64,000 nt of DNA. Origin: a virus. This document shows positions 1-8,007 of this stretch, in pieces (position 1 is the first letter of the stretch; each line of letters starts with the position of its first letter). Both the position numbers and the translations under genes were made by a program. Under the pieces are notes generated by a model. The model had not been told where the DNA came from and searched no databases. It was given only the letters and a program-made list of their open reading frames with translations. The DNA lies in the IMG/VR virus record IMGVR_UViG_3300021170_000008, positions 42,135 through 106,134 of that record; one strand, written 5' to 3'.

Positions 1-510
1 CAAGAAGCCTCTAACGTCGTCTACGATCTTCCAGTTTTGATCGACCACCGCAGCGGTCGCAAGGCATCCGACATCGCCATGGCGGTAAAAGCGATCCACC
101 AAAAAACTCCTGTGTCGCTCGTGTGCATAGACTACATCCAGCTTGTGCGACCGGCGCATCGTAGCTCGTCTGGGAACGAACGTCTGACGGAAATAACGAC
201 CGACATCCAGCAGTTGGCGAAAGATACCGGCATCCCGTTCCTGATCGCGTCGCAGTTGAACCGCGAGTCGCAAAAACGCGGCTACCAATCGAAAAAAGAG
301 ATCGTCCCACAGCTTTCAGATTTTCGCGATTCTGGATCTATCGAACAGTGCGCTAACGTCGCGATGATCATCAACCGTCCACAGGTTGATCAGGTTCGCG
401 GTGACTCTAGCTCACGCGCCGACATTCACGTATTGAAGAATCGTGACGGCGCAATCGGCGTCGTGCCGCTGCGCTTTACGGGATGGAAGTTCAGCTTCGC
501 AAATTCGTAA
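1..510 (+). CDS. dnaB: Replicative DnaB-like helicase, C-terminal part (5' truncated by window)
   Basis: Motifs VCIDYIQL, ASQLNRE, PQLSDFRDSGSIEQCAN, KNRDG. Confidence 0.93.
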   Translation, partial: QEASNVVYDLPVLIDHRSGRKASDIAMAVKAIHQKTPVSLVCIDYIQLVRPAHRSSSGNERLTEITTDIQQLAKDTGIPFLIASQLNRESQKRGYQSKKEIVPQLSDFRDSGSIEQCANVAMIINRPQVDQVRGDSSSRADIHVLKNRDGAIGVVPLRFTGWKFSFANS

Positions 511-518
511 CGAAGTGC

Positions 519-548
519 TTGACACGATGTACGGAAACGCCGCATACT
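519..548 (+). promoter_or_regulatory. sigma70-like promoter TTGACA-N18-CATACT
   Basis: Intergenic, perfect -35. Confidence 0.55.
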
Positions 549-591
549 TAATCGTTCAGAAATCCAAACGCAGTACTTTTCGAGGTATCTA

Positions 592-1362
592 ATGGCCGAC
601 ATCGCGATCCGCGACAACTCAGACGCCGTATTTCTATCTACAATACTCAGCCCGGAAGAGAAAGAGATCATCCGCGAACTGCTCACAACTACGCGCCCGG
701 CAAACGAGGTCATCCCGGATGATATTTCATCTTCCGACCTGTGGATGATGCTGGCGGCAACGTGTAAGGGCGTCAAGGGCGTAGAAGACGCTAAGAGCCG
801 CCTGAAAATCTTCCTTGGAAGAATGTTGGTCCAGCTTCAAAAACACCCCGAACTGTATCAGGCCCACGGCTATCCCAACTACAATTCCTTTATGACCGAG
901 GGCGTCCAGGCGCTGTTCGGCGTCAGTCGCAACGAAGCGTTCGTCTGCAAGAAAATCATCGAAGAGCTTGGCGACCGTCTGACCATCGAAGAGATGTCCG
1001 ACATGGGGATCAGCAACTTGAATCTGGTGGCCAATGCGATCCGGCAGAAGGTCCCAGACGGCGTCGCTTCGGACGTTCGGGAACGCGAGATAACGTACTG
1101 GGTCGATCACGGCAAGACCGATAATTACGCGACCCTCAAAGAGCGTCTAGTGATCCGTGGCATTATCGATGAGGGCGAAATCGATATGCAGATGCTCAGT
1201 ATAAATCTCCAGAAAAGTGTCCGGGATCGCTGGATGCGGTTCCGGAAACAAGACTGGGTCAAGGCTCACGCAGGCGAGACGGATTCGATGATCTTAGACG
1301 CGCTCATGTCTGAAGCAATGTGCTGGGAAGCGACTGTCGAACGGGAGCGGGAGCAGGCGTGA
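592..1362 (+). CDS. Hypothetical protein
   Basis: 256-aa ORF with SD GAGG; GTGA overlap with next gene. Confidence 0.75.
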   Translation: MADIAIRDNSDAVFLSTILSPEEKEIIRELLTTTRPANEVIPDDISSSDLWMMLAATCKGVKGVEDAKSRLKIFLGRMLVQLQKHPELYQAHGYPNYNSFMTEGVQALFGVSRNEAFVCKKIIEELGDRLTIEEMSDMGISNLNLVANAIRQKVPDGVASDVREREITYWVDHGKTDNYATLKERLVIRGIIDEGEIDMQMLSINLQKSVRDRWMRFRKQDWVKAHAGETDSMILDALMSEAMCWEATVEREREQA

Positions 1363-1931
1363 AGAAGATCCCGACAATGTTCGAGCGTGACTGGGCTGGC
1401 GATAAAAGCCGGGTCATAAACAAGATCCATCCAGGCTGTGAATGGGTCGCTAGCGGTGAAGGCGTTGCCACGCGCAAGATCGACGGCACTAGCTGTATGG
1501 TGCGTGACGGCAGGCTTTATAAGCGCAAAGAGCTACGGGCCGGTGAGCCGCAGCCTGCGGACTTTGAACTTTCCGACAAAGACGAAGAGATCGGAAAAAC
1601 GATAGGCTGGCTGCCGGTAGGCAACGGCCCGGAGGATAAGTGGCACCGTGAAGCATTCGCGGCAGTAGCATTGCCGGACGGTACGTACGAACTTGTCGGC
1701 CCTAAGATCCAGGGGAACCCGGAGGGGTTTACGTATCACTGCTTAGTGCCGCATGACGAGACCGGAGAGCTACCGGATGTCCCGCTAACCTTTGATGAAC
1801 TTAAGGAATTTCTGGACGGTCAGGATATCGAAGGTATCGTTTTCCATCACCCAGACGGCAGGATGGCTAAGATCAAGTTGAAGGATTTTGGCTTGAAACG
1901 CATGAGGCCGATGGATGCGCTCAGCGCGTAG
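1359..1931 (+). CDS. DUF5565 / RLIG1(C12orf29)-like ATP-dependent RNA ligase
   Basis: N-terminal MKKIPT.F.R, motif I TRKIDGT, GTYELVGPKIQGNP, IEGIVFHHPDGRMAKIK; GTG start overlaps upstream stop. Confidence 0.7.
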   Translation: MKKIPTMFERDWAGDKSRVINKIHPGCEWVASGEGVATRKIDGTSCMVRDGRLYKRKELRAGEPQPADFELSDKDEEIGKTIGWLPVGNGPEDKWHREAFAAVALPDGTYELVGPKIQGNPEGFTYHCLVPHDETGELPDVPLTFDELKEFLDGQDIEGIVFHHPDGRMAKIKLKDFGLKRMRPMDALSA

Positions 1932-2229
1932 CAAGGGCCTCAAAGATCCGGCTTATTTAGCTTTTGTCCATGAATTTACCTGTGTTGCCTGCGCCGGAGT
2001 GGTCGTAAAAAGAGTATCAGGTAGGCCAGTCCAGGCTCATCATGCGGGAGCGCGGGGATTGGGGCAGAAATGCTCAGACAGGGAAACAATCCCGCTCTGT
2101 TCACTGCACCATTTGGTAGGAAAGGACGCTATCCATGTCCTTGGTAGGAGATTCTGGGATTACCACGGACTAGACAAAGATCGAATAATCGAGACGCTAA
2201 ACAAGCTGTATGATTCGCGGGAGAAGTAG
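1915..2229 (+). CDS. DUF968-like zinc-binding HNH-related phage protein
   Basis: YLAFVHEFTCVAC...QAHH...GLGQKCSD..TIPLC..HH. Confidence 0.7.
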   Translation: MRSARSKGLKDPAYLAFVHEFTCVACAGVVVKRVSGRPVQAHHAGARGLGQKCSDRETIPLCSLHHLVGKDAIHVLGRRFWDYHGLDKDRIIETLNKLYDSREK

Positions 2230-2711
2230 TGATCACATTTACCGTCTACGGAACGCCTGCACCAAAGGGCAGCAAGAGATTTGTCGGGCTAAGTAAGCTC
2301 GGACGCGGAATCCTCGTAGAGTCAAGCAAGAAAGAAAAGCCATGGGCTGAGGCAGTTAAGTACGCCGCGCTACAAGCCAAGGAGGATGCCGGTGGCGGTC
2401 TTGATGGGCCGATCTCAGTCGTCATGTTTTTCACTCTCAAAAAACCGGCTTCCGCACCGAAACGTAAGATTACTTACCCAGACAAAAAGCCGGACTTGGA
2501 CAAGATTATCCGGAGCACGGCAGACGCCATGGTTGCATCTGGGATAATTCATGACGACTCAAGGATAGTTCAGATAGTAGCGGCTAAATTCTATCCTGGA
2601 GAAGCCTCACAGGCATTAACATCACCTGGGGTCAGGATTACCATCAGCGATTACCGCTTGACAAATACTCAGGCCGTGAGTGATTCTGGTACTGAAGGAG
2701 AACTTCAGTAA
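2229..2711 (+). CDS. rusA: RusA-family Holliday junction resolvase
   Basis: GTPAPKGS, KPDLDKIIRSTADAM, HDDSRIV. Confidence 0.9.
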   Translation: MITFTVYGTPAPKGSKRFVGLSKLGRGILVESSKKEKPWAEAVKYAALQAKEDAGGGLDGPISVVMFFTLKKPASAPKRKITYPDKKPDLDKIIRSTADAMVASGIIHDDSRIVQIVAAKFYPGEASQALTSPGVRITISDYRLTNTQAVSDSGTEGELQ

Positions 2712-2983
2712 TGAATATCGAGCAGATGGTTTTACAGTTGACCGCACAAAAGAATCGCCTGGATGTGGCGATCTCCGCGCTCCAGGCTTGCAATGGCACC
2801 CGGCGTGGACGACCACGAAAGATTTCTCTTCCTGAATTCGACTATCACCGTGGCCAGGAATTCGAAAGGCCGCGTAAGAAGAAGCGTCACATGAGCCCCG
2901 AAGGCCGTCTGGCGATCCAGAAAGCTATCCAGAAGATGTGGAAGCGCCGGAGAGCGGAAGCCAAGGCCAAGAAAACTAAGTAG
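2711..2983 (+). CDS. Small basic putative DNA-binding protein
   Basis: Coiled coil, AT-hook-like RRGRPRK, MSPEGRLAIQKAIQKMWKRRR tail. Confidence 0.6.
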   Translation: MNIEQMVLQLTAQKNRLDVAISALQACNGTRRGRPRKISLPEFDYHRGQEFERPRKKKRHMSPEGRLAIQKAIQKMWKRRRAEAKAKKTK

Positions 2984-2999
2984 GTAACAAGGAGAAAAT

Positions 3000-3407
3000 A
3001 TGCCTGGATGGTTTGGTGTTGGGTTGGATGGAACACTAGCTAAAAACGAGGGGGCCGATCTTGCGAAGACTATTGGCGAGCCAGTTCCTCTCATGGTTAA
3101 GCGAGTCCAAAAATGGATCTCTGGCGGTATCGAAGTCCGGATCTTCACGGATCGGGTGGCGGAAACAGGCCACGAGGGATTCTACTCATATCATTCAAAA
3201 CTAACCCCACAGGGGCAACGTAAGATCATCGAAGATTGGTGCCTTGATCACATCGGCACCGTGCTACCGGTAACCTGCGTGAAGGATTGGGGTATGGTAG
3301 TACCTTACGATCATCGCGCCGTAAGTGTTGAAAGGAATACCGGAAGACTGGCTTCAGTCCATGGGGACAGTGATGATGTCGATGTCGATACTGTTGAAGC
3401 CGCTTAA
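3000..3407 (+). CDS. HAD-fold (PNK-phosphatase-like) protein with degenerate motif I
   Basis: GWFGVGLDGTLA, IGEPVPLMV.RV, VRIFT.R, LPVTCVKD. Confidence 0.7.
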   Translation: MPGWFGVGLDGTLAKNEGADLAKTIGEPVPLMVKRVQKWISGGIEVRIFTDRVAETGHEGFYSYHSKLTPQGQRKIIEDWCLDHIGTVLPVTCVKDWGMVVPYDHRAVSVERNTGRLASVHGDSDDVDVDTVEAA

Positions 3408-4783
3408 TGACGCCGGTAATGATCCCAGACTTTCCACTTTCCGACCAAGACCTGCTTGAAGCCGGGATGTTTGCGGCAAAGGAAGCAAAGTTCGATCTGG
3501 CCGAGCGCTTATTCCTGGGCTCGGTCAGTCTGAACGGGAGAAACTATCACTCTCTCGGGAATCTGGGATCGCTGCTGAGCCGTTCAGGCCGTCTGGATGA
3601 AGCCCAGGAGTACCTGACCAGAGCTATCGCGACACGTCCTAGCCACGCTGTCGCCTGGGCTATGCTAGCGACGGTCTACAATCATAAAAATCAGTTCCTT
3701 GACGCCCGGCTGTGCGATCAACGAGCTATCGAGCTTGATCCGTCTCACGCTGAGTTTCACAAGCATCTAGCCGGGCAGTGGGAGATCGCCGGTAACTGGG
3801 ACAAAGCCGAAGAGTGCTACAAAAAAGCCGTCGAACTGGCCCCTGCTGACGCCTATATCCGTACCGGCTGGGGCATGGTCAAGATGCTCCGGGGGGATTT
3901 CGCTTACGGGTTACCACTCTATGAGTGCCGCAGGCAGCTTTCTGAAGCGTATAACGTCGGAATCAAGGGAGTGACGCAGCATCCCATTGAGATCTTCGCC
4001 CGGTGGGCCACACACAACGAAGAGTGTGAGCAGATTGTAATTGAATGCGAACAGGGCGTGGGGGATCTGTTCCAGATGTCCCGCTACGCGCCGATGCTTC
4101 AGAAGCTGTTCCCTAACGCCAATATCGTACTGCATTGTTTCCCGGCGCTCGTAGATCTCATGAAGCGTTTCTACGGGTTCCACGACATCGTATCGCAGGA
4201 CGAAGAGATTGAACATGCTAGCAACTCGTTCTCGGTAGCCGTGATGTCGCTGCCCTATCTGGCGACACTGTTTGGTCAGGATATATATCAGCCACCGACG
4301 CAGGTGAATCTGGAGGGATTGCCGCCGGTGTTGCGGAATGTGCCTGGGAGAGATTTCAAGATTGGCGTCTGCTGGAAGGGCAATCCAGGGCATGGACTAG
4401 ATCGCTTTCGGTCTGTCCCATTCGAAGCATTCAGGCAGGCGCTTCCGTATGTGCAGAGCTATACGATAGTGAACTTACAGTACAAGGACACCGAAGCTCC
4501 GGATAACTGGGTGAGTGGCACTTTTACGTGGGAGCAGACTCTGGCCACAGTCTCTAAGATTGATCTTGTTTTGACTGTTGATACAGCCGTGGCACATCTT
4601 GCCGGAACCATCGGGAAACCTGTCTGGCTGCTCACCGCTGCGTTAAATGATTTTCGGTGGCAATTAGAAAAGGAGACCACCCCATGGTACAACTCTATGA
4701 TACTTATAAGGCAGGAGAAATTATTGTCATGGGAGCCGGTAATGGCCAGGGTAAGGCAAATGCTGCAAAAATCCGTCCAATGA
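3407..4783 (+). CDS. TPR-repeat protein with C-terminal GT9-like glycosyltransferase
   Basis: TPR helices; EQGVGD.FQMSRY, IGVCWKGNP, DLVLTVDTAVAHLAG, DFRW..TPWY. Confidence 0.88.
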   Translation: MTPVMIPDFPLSDQDLLEAGMFAAKEAKFDLAERLFLGSVSLNGRNYHSLGNLGSLLSRSGRLDEAQEYLTRAIATRPSHAVAWAMLATVYNHKNQFLDARLCDQRAIELDPSHAEFHKHLAGQWEIAGNWDKAEECYKKAVELAPADAYIRTGWGMVKMLRGDFAYGLPLYECRRQLSEAYNVGIKGVTQHPIEIFARWATHNEECEQIVIECEQGVGDLFQMSRYAPMLQKLFPNANIVLHCFPALVDLMKRFYGFHDIVSQDEEIEHASNSFSVAVMSLPYLATLFGQDIYQPPTQVNLEGLPPVLRNVPGRDFKIGVCWKGNPGHGLDRFRSVPFEAFRQALPYVQSYTIVNLQYKDTEAPDNWVSGTFTWEQTLATVSKIDLVLTVDTAVAHLAGTIGKPVWLLTAALNDFRWQLEKETTPWYNSMILIRQEKLLSWEPVMARVRQMLQKSVQ

Positions 4784-5256
4784 AGTTAAACGCCAAGTCC
4801 ACGGCTCTTTTTTGGACTCACGTAAACGTAAGAGAAGAAGATAAATGCTGGGAGTGGATGGCGTACCGGAATCCAGACGGATACGGGATTATGGGCGTTG
4901 GTCGTGGAACCGCATCAGCGCATAGATACAGCTACTTGCTAGCGTTCGGGGACTTCGATCTGTCTCTTCGTGTTCGACACACCTGCGACAATCCTCCGTG
5001 CGTTAATCCTAAACACCTATTACTTGGTACGCAGGGTGACAATGTGATTGATTGTATTACTAGGGGGCGTAGGGGTGATATGTCACGTCCAGGTTCGCGG
5101 AATGCTATGGCGAAGCTCACCGAAGAATTAGTACTGAGGTTACGGTCTGAATGGATTCCAAGGATTGTTACTGCGAGAGACCTTAGCGCAAAATTTAATG
5201 TGCCGCATAGCACGGTATCGAAGGTATTATTGCGAAAAACCTGGAAGCATGTCTGA
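4780..5256 (+). CDS. HNH homing endonuclease
   Basis: CWEW..GYG..AHRYSY..VRHTCDNPPCVNPKHL..GTQGDN; C-terminal HTH. Confidence 0.9.
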   Translation: MKLNAKSTALFWTHVNVREEDKCWEWMAYRNPDGYGIMGVGRGTASAHRYSYLLAFGDFDLSLRVRHTCDNPPCVNPKHLLLGTQGDNVIDCITRGRRGDMSRPGSRNAMAKLTEELVLRLRSEWIPRIVTARDLSAKFNVPHSTVSKVLLRKTWKHV

Positions 5257-5355
5257 TTGCTCCAGCTTCGTGATCTCCGTCGTCACGGGTTCTGGTAGAT
5301 ATTTATTACCTACCGGGGGAGGCCGGTGGCGGCGGGGATCAGGAGGCTGTATAGC

Positions 5356-5493
5356 GTGATACGCGATATCCCAGACTTCCCGAAGTATGGAGTTGATGAT
5401 CTTGGAAAGTATCCGGAGCTTGGTAGAAAGTATGGCGTTAGTAGTAAAATGGCTGGCTATATTATTCGCCGTCAGTCTTGGACACATATATGA
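5356..5493 (+). pseudogene. Internally deleted NUMOD4-HTH homing endonuclease remnant (45 aa)
   Basis: SD AGGAGG; MIRDIPDFPKYGVDDLG joined to ELGRKYGVS..IIRRQSWTHI; stop overlaps next ATG. Confidence 0.55.
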
Positions 5494-6524
5494 TCCGAGC
5501 TTGCTTGCCGGTAGGGGATACATGGGGTTGGGGGGTTTGTGGGCGCAATCTACTCCAAGAACTTACCAAGCTAACCGATATAGGGCAAATCACAGATCCA
5601 GGATTGCCCCTATTGATGGCAGTGCAGGGAGCTAATTTCCAACCACTAAAGTACGTCCCATCCGGACCTAGGAATGTTGGATTTGCCTTCATTGAACAAC
5701 CATCGGAGGCTGTAAAATACATTGAGACATATAAGACCTACTACACCGATCTTATCTGCGGGTCACAGTGGATGGCCGAGATGATGCGGGAGATTGGTGT
5801 AGAGCGTACCCGCGTAGTACTACAAGGGTTAGACTCGGAAATCTTTAAGCCATCACCAGAACCAAGAGATCTAAATTCCCCATTTACAGTCTTTGTTGGA
5901 TCAAAAGCCGAACTCCGTAAAGGGACAGATATCGCTATCGCGGCCCTGGCGATCTTCCTGAGCAAGCACGCAGACGCGCAGGCGATCCTGGCTGTGGGTA
6001 ACCAGTGGCCCATAACGATGCACACGCTAGCGAATAGTAAGTGGATCAACTACCAACCAATCAGCGATGACTGGCGCATCCAGATCCGTGCTGTGCTTAC
6101 TGGCAACAATATATCCTTGTCTCAGGTTGAGCTTCCTGAGCTTAGCACCAATCTGATGATGCCAGATCTCTACCGGCGCTGCGACGTGGGATTATTTTTA
6201 AGTCGGGCCGAAGCCGGTACAAATATGGTCCTTAACGAAGCCGTGGCCTGCGGCGTCATGCCCATTGCGTCATTCGCCACGGGACACACAGATGTCCTAC
6301 GTGGTTTGGCTGGGGCTCAGAGTCTTTGTAACGGCAAGACTGATGGACCTGACGGCTGGTGGGAGCCGAACGACCTGGATGATATTTTGAAATACCTAGA
6401 AATGGCTTATCAGGACCGACAGCTTACCCGCAACAACGGGTTAGCGGCAGCTAAGTCTATTAAGAACGTCGTCAGGGACTGGCCCACTATGGCGAAGCGG
6501 ATACTGGAGGTTTTGACTAAGTGA
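5490..6524 (+). CDS. GT4-like (GT-B) glycosyltransferase
   Basis: FVGSKAELRKGTD, YRRCDVGLFLSRAEAGTNMVLNEAVACG. Confidence 0.85.
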   Translation: MIRACLPVGDTWGWGVCGRNLLQELTKLTDIGQITDPGLPLLMAVQGANFQPLKYVPSGPRNVGFAFIEQPSEAVKYIETYKTYYTDLICGSQWMAEMMREIGVERTRVVLQGLDSEIFKPSPEPRDLNSPFTVFVGSKAELRKGTDIAIAALAIFLSKHADAQAILAVGNQWPITMHTLANSKWINYQPISDDWRIQIRAVLTGNNISLSQVELPELSTNLMMPDLYRRCDVGLFLSRAEAGTNMVLNEAVACGVMPIASFATGHTDVLRGLAGAQSLCNGKTDGPDGWWEPNDLDDILKYLEMAYQDRQLTRNNGLAAAKSIKNVVRDWPTMAKRILEVLTK

Positions 6525-6898
6525 GAGAAAATATCGCCGCTAAGCTCATTGCGGCTGTTGTGATATGCGTAGTTAGTGTTGGAACGACGGTAGTGGTTCT
6601 TCGTAGTCAGCCTAAGCCACCCGTGGCCCCACCCGACAAAGTCTCCCGGCTCAAGCTCGACATCGAGCGTGACCGCAGGTTGTGGTGGGCGACGCAGGCA
6701 CAGTACGAGACCACGATTACAGATCAGCAGCGGCAGTTGCTCGGGACAATTCAGCAGCAGACTCAGAAAGTCCAGATGAAGATCAAGGAGCTTGACGGCT
6801 ACCTGGGGTGCGAGTCACGCAAGCAGATCCTAGATGAAGATCTTCTGGAGTGTAAGGTGCCGGTTGGCCCAGGCTTACTATCAGGAAAAGACAAGTGA
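6521..6898 (+). CDS. Membrane-anchored coiled-coil protein
   Basis: N-terminal hydrophobic helix; overlapping start/stop with neighbours. Confidence 0.6.
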   Translation: MRENIAAKLIAAVVICVVSVGTTVVVLRSQPKPPVAPPDKVSRLKLDIERDRRLWWATQAQYETTITDQQRQLLGTIQQQTQKVQMKIKELDGYLGCESRKQILDEDLLECKVPVGPGLLSGKDK

Positions 6899-7524
6899 AG
6901 CTAACGCCGACCATCTCTTTATTGATCAAACAGACGATAGACACCTGCGCGAAGTCAATCTACCAGGAACAAGAAGGCGGAATCCATAGTGAGTTAGTAC
7001 CGGCTGTCTGGAATTGGATTAAAGAGCGCGTTTCGATCCAGGTTGGTCAGCGAGTGCTAGATATAGGACCCGGCAACGGACTTGCTATAAATCTATTCCT
7101 TAAGGACGGCCTTGAGCCAATAGCTCTCTGCGGGAGCGAAGCTGAATGCGCCGCGATCAACACTTCAGGTACCGGCGCTGTCGCTCTCTGGGCCGACATG
7201 CACGAGATCTCGATGTTCAGTAACTTCTTTTCGGGCATCTTTGCTCGACACGCCCTGGAACATAGTTTCGCACCGTTAACTATGCTACTCGGGATGAAGT
7301 TCGCACTTAAGCCCGCTGGCTGGATTTACGTAGAGGTCCCTGCGCCGGGCACGGCCTGTAAGCATGACTCTGACAATCCGAACCATTTCAGCGTCCTAAG
7401 CAGGCCGATGTGGCGCAAGCTGATCGCCGACGCAGGCTTCAAGATCATCGACGAAGCGTCTATCACCTTCACCGTCCAGGCTGGCGACGACGAGTATTAT
7501 AGTTTTCTCGCAGTTCACGCTTGA
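6895..7524 (+). CDS. Class I SAM-dependent methyltransferase
   Basis: VLDIGPGNG, ARHALEH, LKPAGWIYVEVP. Confidence 0.88.
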   Translation: MKLTPTISLLIKQTIDTCAKSIYQEQEGGIHSELVPAVWNWIKERVSIQVGQRVLDIGPGNGLAINLFLKDGLEPIALCGSEAECAAINTSGTGAVALWADMHEISMFSNFFSGIFARHALEHSFAPLTMLLGMKFALKPAGWIYVEVPAPGTACKHDSDNPNHFSVLSRPMWRKLIADAGFKIIDEASITFTVQAGDDEYYSFLAVHA

Positions 7525-7573
7525 CAGCCCTTTCAAGCTCCGCCCCGAAGGCGACTATTTACTAAAATAGCGC

Positions 7574-7602
7574 TTGACACGAAGTACGGCAAGATGTATG
7601 CT
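7574..7602 (+). promoter_or_regulatory. sigma70 promoter of the Y RNA-Ro60 operon (TTGACA-N17-TATGCT)
   Basis: Near-consensus; predicted start coincides with the 5' end of Y RNA 1. Confidence 0.8.
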
Positions 7603-7609
7603 GGTTAAG

Positions 7610-7730
7610 TTCGGGTCGGCAGGTTAGCCTTATCTGGTTACCTTGGTTCGACTCCAAGACCCACGCAAGTGGGTTCTAGTAGCTCTGTTAAGGGGTTGCT
7701 AGTCGATGGCTGGCCACCCACTTATCCGGA
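7610..7730 (+). ncRNA. Y RNA 1 (YrlA-like, partial tRNA-like domain)
   Basis: TTCGGGT/ATCCGGA terminal helix with CG/ACTT motif; T-arm CTTGGTTCGACTCCAAG; GCAA-capped stem. Confidence 0.8.
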
Positions 7731-7747
7731 CACCTTTTAAGTTCTCA

Positions 7748-7881
7748 GATTCGGGTCGATAGATTAGGGTTATCTTTTATCAAAAGAGAGGTCGCTGGTT
7801 CGAGTCCAGCCGTGTCTCGCGAGGGGCGCGTAGCTCAGTTGGTAGGGCGCTAAAACGCCCTGGTTAACACTTATCCGAGTC
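7748..7881 (+). ncRNA. yrlA: Y RNA 2 (YrlA-type permuted tRNA mimic)
   Basis: GATTCGGGT/ATCCGAGTC helix; T-arm GCTGGTTCGAGTCCAGC precedes a loop-closed acceptor stem and D-arm TAGCTCAGTTGGTAGGGC; next to Ro60. Confidence 0.9.
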
Positions 7882-7896
7882 GATACTGCGTAGTTT

Positions 7897-7948
7897 GACG
7901 GTGGTTGATGTGACTTGCCCGGAAACGGGCCGTGGAGCCACGGTTACC
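7897..7948 (+). promoter_or_regulatory. Circularly permuted Y-box (putative Ro60-binding element) in the Ro60 5' leader
   Basis: GTGGTT..ACTT-GCCCG-GAAA-CGGGCCG-N11-TTACC: both Y strands in reversed order, joined by a GNRA loop. Confidence 0.6.
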
Positions 7949-8007
7949 TTACTTGGGGCCACGGGTCTGTCGATCCATCTGCGTCCCGAAATAGGAGAAA
8001 AAATCAC

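Noticed and set aside
7790-7850. Apparent tRNA gene (T and D arm sequences)
   Set aside because: The arms are in reversed order and the acceptor is loop-closed; this is the YrlA domain.
7915-8007. TTG-initiated N-terminal extension of Ro60
   Set aside because: It overlaps the structured leader; SD AGGAG and family similarity support ATG 8008.
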